This document shows, piece by piece, positions 55,151 to 64,000 of a DNA stretch of 64,000 bases. Within the stretch, counting starts at the first letter, position 1. Every line of letters begins with the position of its first letter. The position numbers were made by a program, and so were the translations under genes. Source of the DNA: Tubiluchus corallicola (Eukaryota; Animalia; Priapulida). The notes under the pieces were generated by a model. That model saw only the letters and a list, made by a program, of their open reading frames with translations. It was not told the origin of the DNA and did no database searches. The stretch spans positions 62,001 to 126,000 of the forward strand of contig JAQGDQ010000127.1 of assembly GCA_030141605.1 (NCBI GenBank), written 5' to 3'.

Positions 55151-55914
55151 AGAAGGGCAATAAAAATACATTTTGATTGACGTGGCATTCACCATTAATC
55201 GGGTCAAAACACTTAGGTCCCAAAGTGAGTCTATTAAGCAGCGACTACTGTATGAGAGGTGGGCCTACAAAATGTTTGGTATACTGTAAGAAATACTAAA
55301 CATTTTTGCTCAATTTCAAATTGGCAGCTAACCTATGTGCATGTTTACATTTAGTTTGTCAAAGTACTGTACTTCATTTGCTGCATATTGGTAAGCAATG
55401 TGGTCAGGGCCAGCTCTAGGTAGTTGGACGTCCTAGGCAAAAATTGTTTCAGCGGCGCCTTCCCATGCACCCACCCACAAAATTTAATTTTTTCAGTACA
55501 TAATAATGTATAATTGTACCTCTGTGTTAGGCTTGTACGATATATATGATAGTGCACTAATTAACTGTAGTTAATTACCTTTCCACAGCTTGTGTTTAGT
55601 TCATTTGAAATTAAATTTTTGGCCTCGTTGCATATCGGCAGTTTTCAGGAGCAATCAAAATTTCTATCATTTCTGCTGCACACTATTCTTGAACATAATC
55701 TTGGCTAGACTTTCACTCAGCTTTTTCATCCGAAAGTAATTGAAACACCAACTCCATTTCACTAGTTTCCTCATATGGTCTGATTGCAGATACCTCATTA
55801 GCGAATCTTTCTGCTGTTCAATTTCTGCCAGCCTTTTTACCTTTCATTTGCCATATTACAGTCGTGAATGCTTCCATTATTATAAGTTTATCTTGATATG
55901 AAAATAACGGTGTG

Positions 55915-56017
55915 CAGACATTTCGACACAGGACACTTCACTACAAGACATTTGGACGTACAGCAATTTGGATACATAGGGCATTTGGACACAAGGACAT
56001 TTGGACATAAGGACACT
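55915..56017. repeat. Short GACATTTGGACA tandem motif cluster (element remnant)
   Basis: About 6 degenerate copies. Confidence 0.6.
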
Positions 56018-59000
56018 TAAGAATACTATACCTATTCTTTCTGTTGACTTTTCTGATACCTATGGCAACCATTATTTAGTCTCTTTTTTACAATCTCTAT
56101 ATCATGTTGAGTTATCTCCTCTGTGCCCATTCAGCACTCTATTTTAATGTTTTTTATTATAAGTTTATAGATTTGTTTCTGGCAAATATCCTTGAACACT
56201 TCTGATTGAGCGACTTCTGGGTAGTCACTAATGAGATATAATTCTACTGTAAGGTAGCTACGCCTCTAAAGTATTCCACTCATTACTCCTAAATCATCAA
56301 ATCCACATGTATTAAAAATTATACATTCTACTGAGTACAAGGTGTATTATTATCCTTATTTCTGCTGCTTGACTATAATCATTGTTTGCTTATTTTTGAT
56401 TTTGCTGATGCAGTAGTTAATTATACAGCATGTTTGATAACCATAACTGCTTATTATTTTTATTATTGATTTTGTTATTGGTTTTGAATGTATCACCATA
56501 TTTTATATGCTCTCTATTTTGATTTTTTACATGGTTCTTTTATATTACCACCTTACTTAGATTATTATAAACCTGCATTACAATCTGCTGCATGAAGTTA
56601 TCATATATTACTAGTTTCACTATTCTCAAATTATGCTACTAAACCAAAACAATAGTATCTAATTATAAAAAGGGTGGCTGATTCGATAACTTTTTTGCTA
56701 CCCTTTCCCTTTGTATTAGATATTTATGGCTCTTACTGTAATTCCAATGTATGCTAAATATGGGAAAAAATAAAATGGGTCTGAATCTAACCCAATTACC
56801 ATTTTAATTTATTACTGAGAACATTTCACCCACCTATCTGCGGCTAACGTTCTAAAGCAAAATTTGGTTAGTTGTTGAATATGTTTGCAACCATGGGGAA
56901 AAAGCTATTAGCTTCGCCCTGATCATCGACGGTGATCAATGAACATGTTTATGTTATCTTAGCTATGCAAGTTGTTTTTGGTTTGTCATGTGCTTTTTCG
57001 CAACGTTTTAATTTCACGTCATCGTAATGCCCATAGCGTGTAAACCCGTTTACTCACGATTTCACGTGTGAAATAATTGTCAACCAGCAACATGGTGAAC
57101 CTTATTTTTAGTCTTTGAAAAATAGAACCTGCACTTTACTATTTTGGTCAATAGATAGCGCCAGCCCTCCGTTTTATTAAAATTGTTGTTAATAGTATAT
57201 TTGTTAGGGAATTCAGAGTAGACGTTGATTTAATAGATTGTCTTGTTTGGTTACTGCTTACTGGGTAAAACAATTTATCTAATCTTAGTTAATATTTCGA
57301 CAATAGCCATCTATTCCTTTTTCTTTTGTAAAAAGTAACAGTGTGTGAAACCAGCACAAGTCTCTGTGTCAAAACAACTACAGAGTTTCCGGTATAGCAC
57401 AGATGACTTTGTAGAATTGAGCCTTTCACTTGCCAAAAATTGCAGGCAGGTTGTGACATTTGTGTTGTCTTGCATTTAATTCTCGTGACATTCTAGTATG
57501 GAGTTCTCGTGATAGACAATCCCATCAAACCCCCTTTTGATTTGTATGTTGCTTCATCTCACATGATGAGTTGCTTGGTGATGGCTGTCCTGCCATTACA
57601 AGTAATCCAATCAGTTATTATCCATTCTAATCCACTCAGTAGCCGAACAACAATTCTCCTGTCCAGTTACTGAGCTAATCATCAACTCGATAATTTGACT
57701 GGAACTATCTTTTTATTAAATTTTTATACAACTAGCCTTTTTAACTAGAATGCAAAAATCTTGTAGAATCTTGCATTCTTCCCTGTGATGCTTCTTAATA
57801 GTTTTACAAAGCTTTGTGTATACGTTTCAAATAAGGAAAGAATTGGTACTGGTGCAATTGGACCACGGGAAGCCTTTAGGAACTGTGGTGTAGCTAGGAC
57901 AGAGGTGTGGCCTGCCCCCGATGGCACTTTTCAGATGGAGGCACAAATTTGATCATGTCAAAACTTCAGAAAGGCAAACATCAAACAATTTAATTTTCCA
58001 AGAAAACACAATGCCTCCTTCTGATTGTGACAAAAGAAGGTGATAACTGACACTGAATGGGTACATAAGTAGAATTGCATAGTCATCAGTACTTGCTGAA
58101 CATCAATTGCGGTTTGGTGGAGCAGCCACTCGCACTTGTCTTCTCCAAGTGTTTCCGTTGCTGAAGTAGTAATGTCACAAGTAGTAGTCACAATACCTTT
58201 TCTCTTTTGACCATTTTCACTTTCAGCAAAATGAATTGCTTGGCTTTGCATCTTGTTCAAGGTGGTGTTGCTATGTTGGGTATACAAGTTTAATAAGGGC
58301 CCATGCACAGCAAGCAAGTCTATCTGGTACTCAAATGTCATTGTTAATTTTGCTGAACAAAGCAACTGAAATATTAATAAATTGCAGCTAATAATTTATA
58401 AATCAGAAATACCAAGTCTAGTACATTTTTAAAAAACATGTTTTATAACCATTTTAGAATGTAAGTCTGTTACTAGTAACTATCACTTGTGTCTTTGACC
58501 CAATGCCAAATGTTACCTTTTGTTGAGCAAGATAGTAGTGTAGACGTTTTTCTACTTTCTAGTTAAATCTTGTCAGGGTTCATGCTAGCAAGCAGTTGAA
58601 AGAAATCAGGTGCATGTTCAGCATTACTTTATCCAGCAGATGTTCTACATTCTACTTCTACCCAGAAATTTTCAGTTTACAAGTTACAACGTAACAATTT
58701 TTCATATAATGGAAAACAGTTCAAAATGCTTTGTAAATCACCAGATTTAATCAGGTTATGTCACATGACTTAATTCAGAAGTTGAAACTCATCAATATTA
58801 AATAGATAATTGGTAATAGCACATTCAAGAAGATTATAGTTCTGAAATTTAGATTGCAATTAAGTCTTCAAAAATACACTTGAATTCAAGAGAATCCATT
58901 AGCAGGCAGGGATCTGCCCCAAACTTGGTGAAAGAATTTACACCACTCTCCCACTGCCCACAATCCTAACAGAAGCTGTAAAATAAAAAACTGTTTTTAT

Positions 59001-59078
59001 CATATCTTTATTTGTCACTTCAGCAACTAAAAAATTAACAGCAACTCCTTGTAGAAGCATAATGTAGTTACAAAATTT

Positions 59079-60525
59079 GACTATTACTGCTTGGATGACA
59101 ATTTATGTTTGACTGATTAAGTGACTGACTAACTGCAGACTACATAACTAATATGATTGATTGACTGACTAGCTCACTGACTAACTCTTTGACCGACATG
59201 TACCAGCTCACTGACTGACTAATTTGCTTAGTTCAATTGTTGACAGATAGACTGAGTAACTGAAACAACTGGCTCACTAACTCATTCACCGACTGACTTC
59301 CTAATTCAGTAGCTAACCAAAAGACTGAGGAATTGATACGATTTAAAGACAGTGTGATTCATTAACTCGCTGATTTATACACACTGAAACCTTAAAACTG
59401 ACTCTGTGAGTAATTGCTAATTCATTGACAGATTATCATAACCATTCAATACAGCAACCATTGTTGAAAACTACTGTGTGCACTCTGTAGGTCATTGCAC
59501 CAGTGCCAAGTATGTAAGGCCTTTTTACAACCACTCCACCTTTGGAACTCGATTCTTTTCTTTTATAGGTTGCCCACAGTGTTATTCATAACACTTGTGT
59601 TTGTCAGTATAGAAGGACCATGTGAATGGCGAGAATCATAATGAAATTTGAATGTCGTCATTAACAAATTTATTGAGAAAAAGCGACTGCATAAATTATA
59701 TTTTGTAAGTGCACGTGTGCAGAAATTTCTGTGAGTGACTGAACTAAGTTTTATAGAATTGTACACGAAAATGTGAATTTGGCACAACTAACCTGCAAAA
59801 GTGCTAGATATGATGCTTTGACAACCTACTCTTTCTGCATCATTATGAGGTGAAAATTTGTCCTGTAACTGAACATACTTGGTGTTATCCGAATATAATT
59901 TAAAATTTATTTCCATTTCTGCTTTTAATTCCCAAAATATTTGAAAATGACTGTTTGTTTCCTTTCTTTGCCGATGTTCTCTTTTCTTGATTTCTTTTTT
60001 CTTTCCCTTTGCAATACATGCCAAAACAAAGCTCATTTTCATACGAACCATTTGCTGCTATCTCAGAAATGAAGACCTTCTACAAATAGTTATGTGCAAA
60101 GTAACTGCCAGTAAAAACTAATTATGTGGACAGAGTTTAGTGTTTTGAATATCAGTTTTTTGAGTGACATTTTTTGACGTACTGTGTGGACTAGGTATAA
60201 ATATTGCCAGCTGTACAATTATGAATTATGATTCTTTTGGTACAAAAAATGTACAGTGTACAAATGCAAAAAATGAACAACAACAACAATAGCAATCGTA
60301 CTGCCCACACACCTAGATGCTGAAGCTGAAAAATGAAAAACTGTTTTTTTTTGTTATATCTTATCTCAGAAACCACAAAATTAGCAACTCCCAATGAAAC
60401 AGACATGATGTGTAGTAAACAAAAGTTGACTATTATGGTCTTACTACTTGAATGACAATTTATGTTTGATTTATTGACTGATTAAGTGACTGACTAACTG
60501 ATGGACTATCTAACTAACATGACTG
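59079..60525. repeat. Two direct copies (about 59079-59170 and 60420-60525) of a (GACT)n-containing repeat
   Basis: Shared TTGACTATTA...ATGACAATTTATGTTTGA...TGACTGATTAAGTGACTGACTAACTG. Confidence 0.75.
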
Positions 60526-63328
60526 CGAGCGAGAGTGCTGGAAACAGCTCACTGGAAAGAGTTTATGTAGTTTTAATCAGATATGGTTTGATTTTCCAAG
60601 AGGTTCATGGGCCACTTCAATAAACATTTTTTTGGATCCACCCAGTCAAATTTTCAGAAAAAAATGTGCAAACAGGCTCTATGAAAAGTCGATTTAAAAC
60701 TGTTTGGGGACTTAAACACTCTCCCGGAATGAGGACAAAATGGCCTATGAAGTGTCACTGTTTCATTTAAAGAGATAACCATTTAACGAAATGAGAGAGT
60801 GTATTTCAGAGTTCTTTTTAAACCATGCCATAACTGCATGCTATTGGAACAACTATTGGTCTTTGTCTTTCAAAAACGTGAGGCTGTTCCGGCATTGTTG
60901 CCACCCACTATTCTGGTGTACACAGAGGGCTCTATTAAGCAATCTTTGCTAGCTTATAACCATCATAATATCTTAAAAAAGTAAATAAGTGGGATGTTAG
61001 TGCATTATTGATTTTAGTGATTTTAATTTAATCTTGATGTTGATTGCTGTTGTTGTGAGGGTGGTGTGCTGTGGTGGATGTGGTCTTGTGTGTTTGTAGG
61101 TTTATGTGCAAAATTGTTTTGCATGGTTTTTGCTAGTCTTAAATTATTGTTAATAGGTTGAGTACAGTCCTTATTTTTACGTTCGCTATTTCATTTCAGC
61201 ATGGCAAGTCCATAACAAAGGATGAAGTTTAATGAATGTTGAAGCATTCCGTTTTTTTGTGCGGCTGCCTGGTTATGGAACATTCCAGAAAAGGTAAGTA
61301 GTTATTTTAATGTGGCTTAATTCAATCAGATTGTGCAGTAATGTAAAGTTTCTAAAGACAAAATAGAAACTATAGAAAATGGATAGCTGAGTACATTAGA
61401 ATAAATTAGGTTGATCATCATGTTGAAAACTGAGAGTATAAATTTTTATTTTTGTTTTCATTATGGTGAAATTACATCTCCGATAATTTGAGATCATTTG
61501 AGTATAATTTTATTACCCACCTTTAACTTTGGTCTGTGTAATTAAATAAAGAATCATGGTTCTGTAATTAAAATTACATTTATAATACTTCAAACAATAA
61601 ACTGTTACCCTTAACTGAGTACCTGGTCCTGTGCTGCTGTCCTCTTTGTGTGCCAAAGTTTCGCAAATAGGCACTGGAATTATCTAACTCCATTAAGGGT
61701 CTACCCCTACACTCTTTTGGAGATATGGGACAATTTTTCTTCTTCTGAGAATGGAATGGAATTAAATTCCAACACTGCTGTAATCCTAAAAAATAAATAA
61801 ATAAAACTTAAAACCAAAATAATAAAAAAGTGAGTTAACTGATTAAGAGACAATTAAGAGTTAATTAATTAAGAGACAGTTGTGTTGTAGACTGTACATT
61901 GTTGTGATTTTTATTACATGGGAATTCTGTATTTCTGGCTTAATGATAAAACTAACATCGTATTGTTACTTAATATAATTAGTTTTTATTTAATTGAAAT
62001 GAAATGTGCACCTTTCTTACTATAATTTTCAATAGTAGATAAAATCATTGTAACTCTAGAGACAAATTTACATGTACAAATTTACACTTCCAAATTAAAT
62101 TAGTTCATTAATGCTTATTATTTAAACTTTAGACCATGTGCATAATGTATAAGCCAAAAGGTGTTAAATTTAAAGTACAAAATTTATGTAGTGTTTTGTT
62201 ATTTGGAATGTGCTTGTTTCTGTATCAGACAACATCTGCTATATGTAGAATAGATCCAAGGCATGTCATTTACTAATGTTTCTGACCAATGTACTACCGA
62301 CTTCAGACTTGACTCGGACTTGAGCCCAAGGACTTGGGTTCAACGTGAATTTGAGCTGAAAGACTTGACTACCACATTGCTTGAAACATTTGAAATAAAA
62401 TTAAAAGCATGGTGTGATTGGTTGGCTCCACTCTTGTAGTAAATATTATGACCTTTTTGTTGCACAGTTATTTATGCTTAATTTACTGTTCATGTATTTG
62501 TAATCAAACATTAATAGCTTTCAGAATTCAATTTAGTTGTAGAAGCTAGTACACACTGTAATATGGAAATAATGATGGATGATTTCCTTATGTGAGGTTC
62601 TTACCTATTGTTGTGACAAGTTAAGCAATAAATGCAGCAAACTTAGTCAGATGTCTTGCCTCAAGCTTGTGAGTGTAAGTGAAGGGTTATAATTATGATT
62701 ATGAATAGTTTATTTGACGTACAACAAAAAACAAAATACAATACAATTATATATAAATAAGAAATCACACATCACACAAAGCATCCCAACCCTTAGGTAT
62801 AATCGTTATAATTATTGAAATTACAGGTTAAACAGTAAACAGTATTTACACGTTTACAAAAATAATATAATTAAATAATGTGCTTTTGCTATCAATTGTA
62901 TATCATTTTCTGTGACTAAGATATTATTTTCTTCTTTTAAAACAGTCTGTAATATAATTTGAAATGAAATTTGCAAGTTCACTTTTATTTCCATTCATGA
63001 GAAATATAAATTTTTCTTGTACTGTAAGATTAATAAAGTTTGGGAACATTTCATTGACATGAGAAAACAGCCTATGTCTAAAATCATTATGATAGTTACA
63101 TTCGAGAATTCAATGCTTTTCGTCATCGACATGTTATGCATGAGAATGTATATTTTCCTAACTTGTAGCAACTGCTGTATCAAATGTTTATATTCAATAA
63201 CCCCACCTACACAATGATAATATAGGTTGCAATGGCAATTAAACGATTATTTTCTTAATTTCGTTTTCATTTAGGATAGTTAGTGCGCGCATATAGATTC
63301 AATATTAAGTGGTTGGAGTTACAGTCAT

Positions 63329-63881
63329 TAGTCCAGTCTGTTAGCCGAAAAAAGGGGACTGACTGGATACACCTACCAAACTTTCAGGAATGTTTCTTTA
63401 GGCATTTTAACAGCGTATTTTTATAATATTTATAAAATTTTGCATTTTATAGGGACTGTACCGGGACACTAAAAGTTCACGAAATTTTCCTCCACTTTGG
63501 AGGCTTATAACACCAAAACGTTCACAGATGAACACTTGGCTACTATTAGCAGGGACGAATGGGAAGTTATATGTGAGCTTTCATTTGGCAATACGATTAG
63601 TGTCCTAGGAACACACGAAGTAGCCAAATTACATCATCAGTACCCTCCAGCCATTTCATAATATCAAATATTTGTACATAACTTGTAAGCGAAGCCATAA
63701 AATATGACTAAATATATTATGGACAAATAGAAAATCGGCCATTCGCTACAAGAATTTTGCACCTTAGTTATATCTAAGTTTATGAGATGCCCAAAACGCT
63801 GTTAAATGGTAAAATGATCAAAAGAAACTGTATCCAGTCAGTCCCCATTTCATGAAAATTTGGCCTTAACAGACCGAACTA
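63329..63881. mobile_element. MITE with terminal inverted repeats
   Basis: TAGTCCAGTCTGTTA...GGGGACTGACTGGATACA versus TGTATCCAGTCAGTCCCC...TAACAGACCGAACTA. Confidence 0.7.
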
Positions 63882-64000
63882 CATTTTCATTGTTTTTCCG
63901 ACTTATCTGCGATTTACTTAAAATGAGGGGCTGACATGCTACTTCAAACACTGTGATTCTAGTTAAAGTGGAGGAGGGAGGAGCTGATACGCCGCTTTTT

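Noticed and set aside
57958-58365. 135-aa minus-strand ORF
   Set aside because: Non-ATG start, no recognisable domain, not joinable into a coherent gene model; kept only as a possible exon

Overview
AT-rich, intron-containing animal (invertebrate-type) genomic DNA; not prokaryotic, and no rRNA, tRNA or CRISPR array was recognised. Four protein-coding genes can be assembled by hand from splice sites, all on the minus strand. (1) An 18-exon gene (14825-712, about 1472 aa): signal peptide, Thr/Pro mucin stalk, DOMON domain with apparent Met/His heme ligands, 10 Kazal domains, a ZP (cuticlin-like) module, a furin site and a transmembrane helix. (2) A 2-exon vasopressin/oxytocin-family GPCR (33205-28818). 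(3) A secreted protein with five tandem 174-aa C-type lectin units, a Ser/Thr stalk and an unrecognised 8-Cys C-terminal region (44984-40940). (4) A 7-exon sulfamidase, SGSH (54342-46656). The rest is intronic/intergenic sequence with MITEs, a LINE remnant, microsatellites and small duplications. The most notable object is the mucin-DOMON-Kazal-ZP membrane protein. Gene models are manual and lack transcript support; no database searches were run.
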